Shown one piece after another: positions 1-29,703 of a DNA stretch of 32,565 bases (its first letter is position 1; each line of letters opens with the position of its first letter). The translations under genes were made by a program, and so were the position numbers. This DNA comes from Tubiluchus corallicola (taxonomy: Eukaryota > Animalia > Priapulida): assembly GCA_030141605.1 (NCBI GenBank), contig JAQGDQ010001611.1, positions 1 to 32,565 on the forward strand. Direction: 5' to 3'. The notes under the pieces are model-generated. The model had not been told where the DNA came from and searched no databases. It worked only from the letters and a program-made list of their open reading frames with translations.

Positions 1-116
1 AAGCAATAATGACCCCAGCAATTGAAACATGTGCAGTCTACTACGCAGCGGCAACTTCAAAGAAATTTTATTAAATTAATAATTGAAATTTAATTTAATT
101 TCGCGCCCTTTTGCAG

Positions 117-325
117 GATCTTATACTTCGACTGTTTGCTGTTGATACGGACGATGATGTTCGTAATGCATCACGGGATTACAAATGGCCACGTTAATGA
201 TCTAGAATGGAGAGACAGAAGCTTGCAAGACTTTGACAAGGACAATGTTTGGAGTAAACGTGAACTGCCTGAGGATGTGAATGAGTTTAAACTACTTGGG
301 ACCAAAGGACCAAAAGAATTGATAG
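117..325 (+). CDS. Penultimate exon of a putative secreted neuropeptide-precursor-like protein (gene start lies upstream of the window)
   Basis: Acceptor ccttttgcAG|G at 115-116; open frame ILYFDCLLLIRTMMFVMHHGITNGHVNDLEWRDRSLQDFDKDNVWSKRELPEDVNEFKLLGTKGPKELI; donor G|GTCTGT at 326 (phase 1), in phase with the exon at 3496. Confidence 0.6.
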
Positions 326-341
326 GTCTGTTAATCAAAAA

Positions 342-2470
342 ACTAGAAAATACTTAACGTACAGGGTGTTCGAAAAATCACCATCATCTCATTCACTCTT
401 CGTTGTCATTTCATTACCCTTACTAGAAAATACTTAACGTACAGGGTGTTCGAAAAATCACCAACATCTCATTCACTCTTCGTTGTCATTTCATTACCCT
501 TACTAGAAAATACTTAACGTACAGGGTGTTCGAAAAATCACCATCATCTCATTCACTCTTCGTTGTCATTTCATTACCCTTACAAGAACATACTTAACGT
601 ACAGGGTGTTCGAAAAATCACCATCATCTCATTCACTCTTCGTTGTCATTTCATTACCCTTGCTAGAAAATACTTAACGTACAGGGTGTTCGAAAAATCA
701 CCATCATCTCATTCACTCTTCGTTGTCATTTCATTACCCTTACTAGAAAGTACTTAACATACAGGGTGTTCGAAAAATCACCATCATCTCATTCACTCTT
801 CGTTGTCATTTCATTACCCTTACAAGAACATACTTAACGTACAGGGTGTTCGAAAAATCACCATCATCTCATTCGCTCTTTGTTGTCATTTCATTACCTT
901 TACTAGAAAATACTTAACGTACAGGGTGTTCGAAAAATCACCATCATCTCATTCACTCTTCGCTGTCATTTCATTACCCTTACTAGAAAATACTTAACGT
1001 GCAGGGTGTTCGAAAAATCACCATCATCTCATTCACTCTTCGTTGTCATTTCATTACCCTTACTAGAAAATACTTAACGTACAGGGTGTTCGAAAAATCA
1101 CCATCATCTCATTCACTCTTCGTTGTCATTTCATTACCCTTACTAGAAAATACTTAACGTACAGGGTGTTCGAAAAATCACCATCATCTCATTCACTCTT
1201 CGTTGTCATTTCATTACCCTTACTAGAAAATACTTAACGTACAGGGTGTTCGAAAAATCACCATCATCTCATTCACTCTTCGTTGTCATTTCATTACCCT
1301 TACTAGAAAGTACTTAACGTACAGGGTGTTCGAAAAATCACCATCATCTCATTCACTCTTCGTTGTCATTTCATTACCCTTACTAGAAAATACTTAACGT
1401 ACAGGGTGTTCGAAAAATCACCATCATCTCATTCGCTCTTCGTTGTCATTTCATTACCTTTACTAGAAAATACTTAACGTACAGGGTGTTCGAAAAATCA
1501 CCATCATCTCATTCACTCTTCGCTGTCATTTCATTACCCTTACTAGAAAATACTTAACGTACAGGGTGTTCGAAAAATCACCATCATCTCATTCACTCTT
1601 CGTTGTCATTTCATTACCTTTACTAGAAAATACTTAACGTACAGGGTGTTCGAAAAATCACCATCATCTCATTCGCTCTTCGTTGTCATTTCATTACCCT
1701 TACTAGAAAATACTTAACGTACAGGGTGTTCGAAAAATCACCATCATCTCATTCACTCTTCGTTGTCATTTCATTACCCTTACTAGAAAATACTTAACGT
1801 ACAGGGTGTTCGAAAAATCACCATCATCTCATTCGCTCTTCGTTTTCATTTCATTACCCTTACTAGAAAATACTTAACGTACAGGGTGTTCGAAAAATCA
1901 CCATCATCTCATTCACTCTTCGTTGTCATTTCATTACCCTTACTAGAAAATACTTAACGTACAGGGTGGTCGAAAAATCACCATCATCTCATTCACTCTT
2001 CGTTGTCATTTCATTACCCTTACTAGAAAGTACTTAACGTACAGGGTGTTCGAAAAATCACCATCATCTCATTCACTCTTCGTTGTCATTTCATTACCCT
2101 TACTAGAAAATACTTAACGTACAGGGTGTTCGAAAAATCACCATCATCTCATTCACTCTTCATTGTCATTTCATTACCCTTACTAGAAAGTACTTAACGT
2201 ACAGGGTGTTCGAAAAATCACCATCATCTCATTCACTCTTCGTTGTCATTTCATTACCCTTGCTAGAAAGTACTTAACGTACAGGGTGTTCGAAAAATCA
2301 CCATCATCTCATTCGCTCTTCATTGTCATTTCATTACCCTTGCTAGAAAGTACTTAACGTACAGGGTGGTCGAAAAATCACCATCATCTCGTTCACTCTA
2401 CACTGTCATTTCATTACCCTTACTAGAAAATACTTAACGTACAGGGTGTTCGAAAGATCACTATCATCTC
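342..2470. repeat. 80-bp minisatellite, about 26.5 highly similar copies, intronic
   Basis: Unit TACTAGAAAATACTTAACGTACAGGGTGTTCGAAAAATCACCATCATCTCATTCACTCTTCGTTGTCATTTCATTACCCT recurs every 80 nt (ACAGGG/GCAGGG at 361, 441 ... 2441). Confidence 0.98.
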
Positions 2471-3075
2471 GTTTTATTTTGTTGTTTGTAAAAGTTATGT
2501 ATTAATCACGGCATTTGGAAATAATATATCAAATAAACAAAACGTAGACCAGTTAGCACTGAAGGTTACAACAAGTCGAATATAAATGTGTTTTAAAGCT
2601 TTTTACTAATCGTTTAAATTGTTGCGGGTTTCATGGCTAAGTGGTCACGTCATGTTTGCTTCGCATTAATGCCTCCTCTTCGCTTAGGTTCGATGCTCAT
2701 TTAAATCACAGGAAAAGGGTGCATATTCATCCGTACGTGGCTTAGATACTTTTGCCAGTTTTAGTACCTTAAATGGGTTCAGCTCGTATTAGTATGTTAT
2801 TTGCGGATAGGTGGCAGCACGGTGCGACATGCTGGTTTTATTATGTCCGATTGCTACATCTATTTATACTAAGTTCTGCTCGCATCGCTCCATGTGTCTT
2901 TCTAGTCATGCCTACATCGCCTACAGGTTGCCATTACGTGCCAAAGCATTAGGAAAACACCTCCTACTTTAACTTAGAAAAACTTCACGAAAAGGTTCCA
3001 GTCTTACCACAAACCCCGTGTTTAGTAGGACCTGTCATTGAATGATGAGTTCCAGTTTGCAAAGTGTAAAAAATA

Positions 3076-3456
3076 AGCCTCTTCACAGTTTTGCTGCGCG
3101 CATGCGCAGTTGTCGTAGGTCAAAGGTTAAGTGTAGCACAGCAACGCACCTTAACTGCAACCGTCACATTACATGTGGATAAAGAAAAGCCATCTGCTGC
3201 ATCAGTTCAATAACTTCAGTTGTTTTACATGGACCTTACTTAACTATGCATTAGTCTGTGCATAGAAAGAGTTACTAGTAGAATCTTGCTTGAAAACAAC
3301 AAAAATGAATTAGGTAAGATTCTAGCTAGCTATTAAAACTTCTACTATTAGCATGAGTTGTAAGGCATTATCAAGTGTACACCAATGCATTGTCTGGTAC
3401 ACTTAACCTTTGACCTTTTCATGATCATCATCAATCGCTGGAACTGTGAAAAGGCT
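3076..3456 (+). mobile_element. MITE family A, copy 1 (near complete)
   Basis: TIRs AGCCTCTTCACAGT...ACTGTGAAAAGGCT; subterminal inverted AGGTCAAAGGTTAAGTGTA / TACACTTAACCTTTGACCT; homologous copies elsewhere in the window. Confidence 0.85.
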
Positions 3457-3495
3457 TTACGAAATGTGCTAACGCTTGTCTGTTCATTTATCCAG

Positions 3496-3761
3496 GTATT
3501 GTAGTGGCAGACATAGTCGACAGGATAGATCCTGATATGGGCCAGCCAGAGATGGTTGAAGAGAGGGGAGTGAAGTTTTCTACGAAAGGATGGCGACGAA
3601 AACGAGATGCCCATCGCAAGAGGACAGAGAATATGGACGACCTCATGCAAACGTTACGAATGTACGTGAGAAATAGATCTGCACAGATGGACGGCGATGG
3701 CAAACGTAACGGTCCAAGCGCAAGAGCCGACGACATCAGACTCCGTACTCAAGGATGGTAA
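3496..3761 (+). CDS. Terminal exon of the putative neuropeptide-precursor-like protein
   Basis: Acceptor tttatccAG| at 3494-3495; frame (G)IVVADIVDRIDPDMGQPEMVEERGVKFSTKGWRRKRDAHRKRTENMDDLMQTLRMYVRNRSAQMDGDGKRNGPSARADDIRLRTQGW*; GC-richer than flanks; AATAAA at 3986. Confidence 0.7.
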
Positions 3762-3985
3762 ATTAGGAACAATGATGGTAAATTTGGAACAATGTCAAAA
3801 TGATGTGAATCTGTATCAATCTCTTTATACACTAGCCTTACAACATTCAGCAAAACAACATGAAGGCTCAACTTTATGATATAAATTAGCAATTAAAAAT
3901 AACAAAAAACTTGCATGATTCCAAAATCATTTTATTTTGTTTAGTTTAAAAACTGTTTATCACAAAAATGATGAAAATCTTAACA

Positions 3986-3991
3986 AATAAA
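3986..3991 (+). promoter_or_regulatory. Candidate poly(A) signal of the left gene
   Basis: AATAAA about 225 nt after the stop, followed by T/GT-rich sequence. Confidence 0.4.
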
Positions 3992-4046
3992 GTTTTAACA
4001 AACAATCTTTCTACTGTTTTGATGTGAATGTTTTCCTTTAGAAGCG

Positions 4047-4143
4047 TACTATCCCATTACTGACCCCACTACTATCCCATTACTGACCCCAGTACTATCC
4101 CATTACTGACACCACTACTATCCCATACTATCCCCCACTACTA
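4047..4143. repeat. 23-bp tandem repeat, about 4 copies
   Basis: TACTATCCCATTACTGACCCCAC units. Confidence 0.9.
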
Positions 4144-4256
4144 TATACATCAGTGCTTCTCTAATGGTTTATTATACAAACTCTATGAAGAATTTACTTG
4201 CTGTTCAGAAACAGTTGAAAATGGAATCACTGTTCTAACAGACTTACGGGCCATGA

Positions 4257-4461
4257 CAGTACCTTACTAAATTACTCAACATTGAAGAACTCTTTAAATC
4301 GCCTAGGCTGGGACTGCAAAAAGGATCGGCATTATGGCGAGTGTGGCGTTATATTGATACATTGGTGCATTGATACAGACATGTCTATGCAAGTGAAGAT
4401 ATTTTGCATGTTAAACGAGGTTGGCATTATAAGAGGGGGGCATTATAAAGAGGTTTTACTG
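4257..4461. mobile_element. Possible degenerate pogo/Tigger-like MITE remnant
   Basis: CAGT...GAGGTTTTACTG ends with repeated GGC(A/G)TTATA motifs; a similar remnant lies at about 30950-31033. Confidence 0.3.
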
Positions 4462-4782
4462 CACTAAGAACCTTAGTAATTCAGTAATTCATCATAGTGA
4501 TATGCAATTTGGTAAACACTGACCCTGAAACATCTGTTACGAAAATCGTACCTCTTTCATCTCGGGGGGAAAAGTACTCATTTAGGTTACACTTGGTGTT
4601 GACTCACGGGGATAACGAGTTTGCTTTTCTTTGCAATTGTAGCTCATTAAATAGACTATTGTGTACTTTTACTATATCGTTAACATGTAGCCGCAGCAGG
4701 AAAAAAGACTAATTACAACAGAATGACAAAGGCACAGCGTACGGTCGATGCTCGCTACTATTCATTATCCACAAAGTGATAA

Positions 4783-7161
4783 CTAGTCATCTGATGCTTT
4801 TGCCTCATCTGTTCCTATTTCTGGTTTATCAGAGACCAGCTCCTCACCAAAGCTAAACGGATGACTTATTTGCTTCTTCTCTCCAAATGGGGGAGGTCCG
4901 AGCAACTCTACCATATCCCGATAGTTCAGCACTTCCCGCTCAACCAAAGCTTTCGCTAGTAATTCCAGCATGTCCTTATTCTCGGAGAGTACTTTCTCCG
5001 TGTATTGAAATGCTGTGGCAACGTACTTTCTGGCTTCTTGATCGATGATGTTGGCAAGTTTTTTACTGTATGGCTTCTTTCCCAGCTCACTGATGGCTTC
5101 TGCGGGAAAGGAAATGTTACCGATCGTGTCGTTCATGCCGTACTGTCGAATTATGGCGTACACGATCTTAGTGACCTTTTGAAGGTCATCCTCTGCGCCG
5201 GTTGTTACTTTATTAAAGATCATGCTTTCCGCGACTCTGCCACCAAGAGCCATACACACTCTTTGAAAAAGCTCGTCGGTACTGTACAACTTTTTATCGT
5301 TCGGCATGTATTGCGAGAATCCCAGAGCACCTCTAGTTCTGGGAACGATCGTGACCTTCAACAGTGAATCCGTATGTTCGAGAAGCCACCCTACCAATGC
5401 GTGACCCGACTCGTGGTACGCGACAATGTTCTTTTCTATTACAGACAGAACCGTTGACTTCTTAACAGTTCCGGCAATGACTCTCTCAACTGCAAATTCG
5501 AAGTCCGAATCATCGACGTCTTTCTTGCCCACTGTAGCTGCGTGTATAGCAGCTTCGTTACAAATGTTTGCAATATCTGCACCACTGAACCCAGGCGTCA
5601 ACTGCGCCAGACGTTTTGAATAATGAGATGGAATTTCTACTAATTTCAGTTGTTTCAGGTAATACTCAAATATCTCTTTTCGCTCCAGCAAAGTAGGAAG
5701 ATCTATAAGAATATGTCGGTCGAAACGACCGGGCCGTAATAACGCCTTGTCTAACACCTGAGATCTATTCGTAGAAGCCAGAACGACCACTCCTTCCTTC
5801 GTTGACATGCCGTCCATTTCGACCAGAAGCTGATTAAGCGTTTGCTCTTCTTCGCCGGTCATGCCTTCCGCGCCGCTGGCGCCACCAGCGCGACGTCGTC
5901 CAATAGCATCGATTTCGTCAATATAAACGATGCACGGAGCCCTCTTGCGAGCCTCCTTAAACAAATCTCGCACGCGAGCAGCTCCCAGACCGCCGATCAT
6001 TTCAACAAATTCTGAGCCGGCCATGGCAAGAAAGGGCACGCTTGCCTCGCTGGCAACGGCTTTGGCCAGAAGAGTTTTCCCGCAACCCGGAGGACCCAAG
6101 AGAAGAGCACCATGGGGTGGTTTGGCACCGAGCTCCTTAAACACCTGAGGTTTCTTTAAATAATCTACAAATTCTAGAACTTCTTGTTTTGCTTCCTTCA
6201 TTCCGGCGACATCTTTAAATCTAACGCCTTTATTTCCTCCGACTAGCGGGTCGACTATGGTGAACTTAGCTTTACCAAGGCGGGTAAAAGAATCCATTCC
6301 TTCAAGTGATACCTTAATTTGACCGGAGCGATACATCATTATTATCAAGACGGCAATTCCGACGAGCGACAAAACTAATAGCCACTGTCCCTCTTGATTG
6401 CGCTCGTAACGAATTGGAATCCCTAAATTTGGAGGTATGCCCAATTCGCGTTCTGCCCGCCGAAGCCGCTCTTCAAATCTGTCCGTGTCAATGACGTTCA
6501 TGTGGAACGTCTTGTGCTCCATGCGCTTGCCTTTCACCACAGCTCCATCTTGAAGAACGACGATGACTAGATTAAGTTCCGGACGTATCACTAACTGCTC
6601 CACTTCGCCTTTCGCTAACATGTGATAAAGAAACTCGTTCCACGATATGTAACGCATCGTGTCCGGATTATCGGTATGCGGTAAGAGCAACGAGACGGCG
6701 CTCATCGCAATGTACATGAGAAAACACCACAATGCCAGCTTTATGAGCACTTGGTTCTTGTCCGGATCATCGTCTTTCTTCTGGTTCTTGTCTTTGTTGT
6801 CGCCATCCTTCTGCGAACAAGAACGCGACGTCGACAACAATCTTACCGCACTGCCGACAGTGAAGCCAGACCGTTTCAACATGTCGCTGAAAGCTTTGTA
6901 CTCTTGCAGCAAATGCGTCGTATGGTACTGTCGGTACTGTAATGACTGTGTTAAGAACTGACAGCTGTGTCTACGCAGGTTTTGATTCCATTGCTGTTCG
7001 ACGCAACTTCTATTGGAAGCCGTACTCATCAAACGACTGTAGACTTTACTCTGCATGCGAATCAAGACCGATTTGCATATAGGAAGTTGAGTACGGTGAT
7101 AAGAACAATATAGTCTGTGCGTGTTCCTGTGCCAGAAGCTCTGAGCAAGAGTGACAGCCAT
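4783..7161 (-). CDS. SPG7: Paraplegin, mitochondrial m-AAA (FtsH-family, M41) metalloprotease subunit, 792 aa, single coding exon
   Basis: Basic, S/T-rich N-terminal presequence; two hydrophobic TM segments; Walker A GPPGCGKT; Walker B VYIDEID; SRH LLRPGRFDR; EEEQTLNQLLVEMDGM and the HESGH zinc motif typical of paraplegin (AFG3L2 has HEAGH). Confidence 0.95.
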   Translation of the reverse strand: MAVTLAQSFWHRNTHRLYCSYHRTQLPICKSVLIRMQSKVYSRLMSTASNRSCVEQQWNQNLRRHSCQFLTQSLQYRQYHTTHLLQEYKAFSDMLKRSGFTVGSAVRLLSTSRSCSQKDGDNKDKNQKKDDDPDKNQVLIKLALWCFLMYIAMSAVSLLLPHTDNPDTMRYISWNEFLYHMLAKGEVEQLVIRPELNLVIVVLQDGAVVKGKRMEHKTFHMNVIDTDRFEERLRRAERELGIPPNLGIPIRYERNQEGQWLLVLSLVGIAVLIIMMYRSGQIKVSLEGMDSFTRLGKAKFTIVDPLVGGNKGVRFKDVAGMKEAKQEVLEFVDYLKKPQVFKELGAKPPHGALLLGPPGCGKTLLAKAVASEASVPFLAMAGSEFVEMIGGLGAARVRDLFKEARKRAPCIVYIDEIDAIGRRRAGGASGAEGMTGEEEQTLNQLLVEMDGMSTKEGVVVLASTNRSQVLDKALLRPGRFDRHILIDLPTLLERKEIFEYYLKQLKLVEIPSHYSKRLAQLTPGFSGADIANICNEAAIHAATVGKKDVDDSDFEFAVERVIAGTVKKSTVLSVIEKNIVAYHESGHALVGWLLEHTDSLLKVTIVPRTRGALGFSQYMPNDKKLYSTDELFQRVCMALGGRVAESMIFNKVTTGAEDDLQKVTKIVYAIIRQYGMNDTIGNISFPAEAISELGKKPYSKKLANIIDQEARKYVATAFQYTEKVLSENKDMLELLAKALVEREVLNYRDMVELLGPPPFGEKKQISHPFSFGEELVSDKPEIGTDEAKASDD

Positions 7162-7282
7162 TTTAAACTATACAAAACAGAAAATAAAAATCTTTGTTAT
7201 TATTAGCTAAATGAAACACGTTAAAGCAAAACTGGACGCAATCTTAAGAGTAAAAAAAACTACCCAGGCTGGTGTGTCATCA

Positions 7283-7350
7283 TAACAGTGTGTGAGGGTG
7301 TGTGTGTGTGATCGTGTGAGTGTGCATGTGCGTGCGTGTGTGTATGAGAG
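7283..7350. repeat. Imperfect (GT)n microsatellite
   Basis: GTGTGT-rich run. Confidence 0.8.
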
Positions 7351-7457
7351 GGATGTATGTTACAAAGTTTGTGCATGAAGTACAATATTTTGAAAGAGAG
7401 ATAATATGAATGTCCATGCTAAAATAATTTGGTAGTGACTACTCTCTCCTGTTATAA

Positions 7458-7616
7458 ACATACATACATACATACATACATACATACATACATACATACA
7501 TACATACATACATACATACATACATACATACATACATACATACATACATACATACATACATACATACATACATACATACATACATACATACATACATACA
7601 TACATACATACATACA

Positions 7617-7650
<34 letters not shown>

Positions 7651-7751
7651 CATACAATCATGCATACATGCATGCATGCATGTATACATACATACATACG
7701 TACATACATACATACATACATACATACATACATACATACATACATACATAC
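7458..7751. repeat. (TACA)n microsatellite, about 290 bp
   Basis: Direct inspection; source of the spurious MYVC/HTYI ORFs. Confidence 0.99.
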
Positions 7752-9005
7752 TTTTTTCAAAAATGACTTACGTAAAACAACTGTTATCACACAAAAGCAA
7801 TTTTCACATTCGCTCCTCTAATTCTAATTATTTTGTCAATAAGATTAAAAATTCGTTTTTGGTTAGTGAGAGATGCACCCTGGAAGGTGAGTCAGCGACA
7901 TTTTACATTGGTACAAACATTTCAAATTATTATTTCTAGTTACATAAGTCTTATCAACAGGTAAGCAAAATGCTAAGTAATACAGATTTGCATGGAAAGT
8001 TGTTTGGGACATAATTTAAAATTTTCTTTACTCCCCCTGATTTAAGTTTGCATAGGGGGCGCTGTGAGGTTTAGAGCAGAAGTACAAAAGTTTGACCTGA
8101 CATAAAGTCACATAGACAAAAGTTGTAAGCTAGACAGTGTTATATCATTGCCAGATATGCAGCACGCCGCAATAATATTTCCAAAACAACACTGAAGTCA
8201 TTATAATTCGTAATTTATTATCACTTCAGCATGCATTTTTACATTAAATTTGCATTATTATCTTCATAACTATTATGCTCTATAACTAGCAAAATGAAAC
8301 TTAGTTACAGTAAGTGTAACAGAACTACAATAGTGTACTATAGCGTTGTACAGTTAGGGAAAAAATTCGAAATATAATTACAAAAATTTAACAGAAGTAT
8401 ATTTACATAGTTACTAAACTACATAATAGTTTGTCAACAAGAAATAGATGCTGCAGGGTGATCTAGAAGCAAAATTTGTAAGACCACCATGAAAAGTGAA
8501 GAAAAAACTACTTAATTTACAAGAGAAAGAATTATAGAAAAACAGGGAATAATTAAGATAAAGTCATAGATAGACAAAGACAGAGAAAAAAAGAAAAGAA
8601 ATGAAATAGAAAGGAGTTCAGCAGAGACACGATGCAAAAGTATGAATATATAAACTGTAAAGTATCCAGTCGCGGGATGTACTGCAACTATCGCACTTCA
8701 CGGCCAAACCCAAAATGCACACAAAAACCCAATGTATAGATTCAGAATTACAAACCATCCTCAAGTGAAGAAAACGAAAGCTGATAATGTAAAAAAAACG
8801 GACAATTAACTTTCAATAGCCTTTAGCTTGTCACAGTCAAAAATCAGTCCAAAACATTCCACATAGTCACCGTATAAATTGAAAAACACAAGTTTTCCAG
8901 CACAAATGCTGACATAGGTCACTTGCACAAAATAAAAATGATCCTGATCTTAACTACTTTTCATTCAAAGATATTACATTTTACAAGCAAAAATAAAAAA
9001 CTTAC

Positions 9006-9406
9006 AAATTTTGAGCTTTGCGCGTAACTTTTATAAAGGAAAATAAATTTTTGTTATTGCATAATCACTTCGCAGACTGAATATAAAACAAAACTAATCA
9101 TGATCGCCTGTCGGTGCTGTAGAATTGACAGGAAATCTTTCAAACTATGCACATTGACTACTTGCTTTTCTAAAGAGTTTGCATATCTCTTGGGAGGAGG
9201 AATAATGTTTTGTGGCGTTTCGCATTTTATTAATAATTTTTTAAATGTTAAACGCTAACTAATGAGTACTGTTTGGTAAATACCATGAAACTAAGAAGGG
9301 TGATTTAGTATGCTGTATCATTTCCCTGGCATTATATTTTTAAGCGGTCTTTTGCTCAATAGTACCATATTGCTTAAGTAAAATTAAAATAGGTAGTTTC
9401 TTCACA
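9006..9406. promoter_or_regulatory. Candidate bidirectional promoter region for SPG7 and WDR45B
   Basis: Divergent gene orientation; lies between the putative SPG7 first-exon donor and the WDR45B ATG. Confidence 0.4.
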
Positions 9407-28393
<18,987 letters not shown>

Positions 28394-28554
28394 AACACGT
28401 TTACGTCAAGTTGCTTAAGCTGATTGTGTGGAAAATTTCAGATTCATTAGTCCGTAAGACTAAGTAAAAAAGTGATTTAGCCGTTTATTGTTTAGGCCTT
28501 GATGAAATATGAATAACTAATCACTTGTGTGAGATAAACGATGAACTTTCACTG

Positions 28555-29141
28555 ATAAATGTAAACAAATTATTATTGTCTCTGTTTACACAAACAATAA
28601 ATATAAACAAATTATTATTGTCTCTGTTTACACAAACAATAAATGTAAACAAATTATTATTGTCTCTGTTCACACAAACAATAAATGTAAACAAATTATT
28701 ATTGTCTCTGTTCACACAAACAATAAATGTAAACAAATTATTATTGTCTCTGTTCACACAAACAATAAATGTAAACAAATTATTATTGTCTGTGTTCACA
28801 CAAACAATAAATGTAAACAAATTATTATTGTCTGTGTTCACACAAACAATAAATATAAACAAATTATTATTGTCTCTGTTCACACAAACAATAAATATAA
28901 ACAAATTATTATTGTCTCTGTTCACACAAACAATAAATGTAAACAAATTATTATTGTCTCTGTTCACACAAACAATAAATATAAACAAATTATTATTGTC
29001 TCTGTTCACACAAACAATAAATATAAACAAATTATTATTGTCTCTGTTCACACAAACAATAAATGTTAACAAATTATTATTGTCTCTGTTCACACAAACA
29101 ATAATGTAAACAAATTATTATTGTCTCTGTTCACACAAACA
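28555..29141. repeat. 42-bp minisatellite, 14 copies, in or after the WDR45B 3'UTR, with AATAAA at unit junctions
   Basis: ATAAAT(G/A)TAAACAAATTATTATTGTCTCTGTTCACACAAACA units. Confidence 0.97.
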
Positions 29142-29246
29142 TAGATTTAATATCATGTAATATTCACAAATTATTTTTTACTAGATGACAAATATCTGGT
29201 GTTTGTGAAAAAATTCAATTTTGAGGTAACTAAAGGAGACGTCCCT

Positions 29247-29533
29247 CAGGGGCGTAGCCAGGTTAGGGGGAGCAGGTACGTAAAAAAGGCGCCGTGACAC
29301 ATGAAGCAATTACATGCTTGTCTGTGCTACATCAGACATAATAATTACATTTTGGACAATTTGATCAATCAGTCAACCTTGACAAATGTGTTGTACGCAA
29401 AGACCGGAGGCAGGTTGCTCAAATGAAGTAATGGGGCAGGTAGTTGAAAGGGTGCCAATTTTGAAAAATGTGATCAGGTTATCAGGTGATCAGGAGCGGT
29501 TACTCCCCTTGCTCCCCTATAGATCAGCCACTG
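29247..29533. mobile_element. Short TIR element (MITE)
   Basis: CAGGGGCGTAGCCAGGTTAGGGGGAGCAGG ... CCCTTGCTCCCCTATAGATCAGCCACTG imperfect inverted ends; no clear TSD. Confidence 0.55.
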
Positions 29534-29703
29534 TTTTCGCATAGTCATACTGATAGTATCTGTTTAGGTTCACATGCTACTGCTTAATGCAAGTGTGTGA
29601 TGCCCTTAACATCATCGTGCTTAAAGTAATGGTTGAGATTTTTTTTGAAAAATATAGTTACCCAAAACCACATATGAATGAGTAAGATTCACTCCTTGCA
29701 ACA

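Larger units (their letters stand above)
7168..9005 (-). other. Putative 5'UTR intron of SPG7
   Basis: Minus strand reads ttttattttctgttttgtatAG|tttaaaATG (acceptor 6 nt before the ATG). Candidate donor GTAAGT at 9005-9000; an alternative GTAAGT lies near 7771. Confidence 0.5.

Noticed and set aside
342-2470. CRISPR-like regular array
   Set aside because: Units are identical end to end with no unique spacers, there are no cas genes, and the context is a eukaryotic intron
3567-3605. VKFSTKGW as an AKH/RPCH or kinin peptide
   Set aside because: No N-terminal Gln after a signal peptide, no amidating Gly after Trp, and spacing differs from FSxGWamide and FxxWGamide
5005-6961. Plus-strand ORFs overlapping SPG7
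   Set aside because: Antisense shadow ORFs of a GC-richer coding region with no recognisable motifs
7360-7939. MYVC/HTYI-repeat ORFs
   Set aside because: Translations of the (TACA)n microsatellite
8051-8066. CTCF-like motif TAGGGGGCGCT (similar ones near 2808 and 19619)
   Set aside because: Short partial matches expected by chance; unsupported without chromatin data
28521-29109. 190-194 aa ORFs on both strands
   Set aside because: Translations of the 42-bp array
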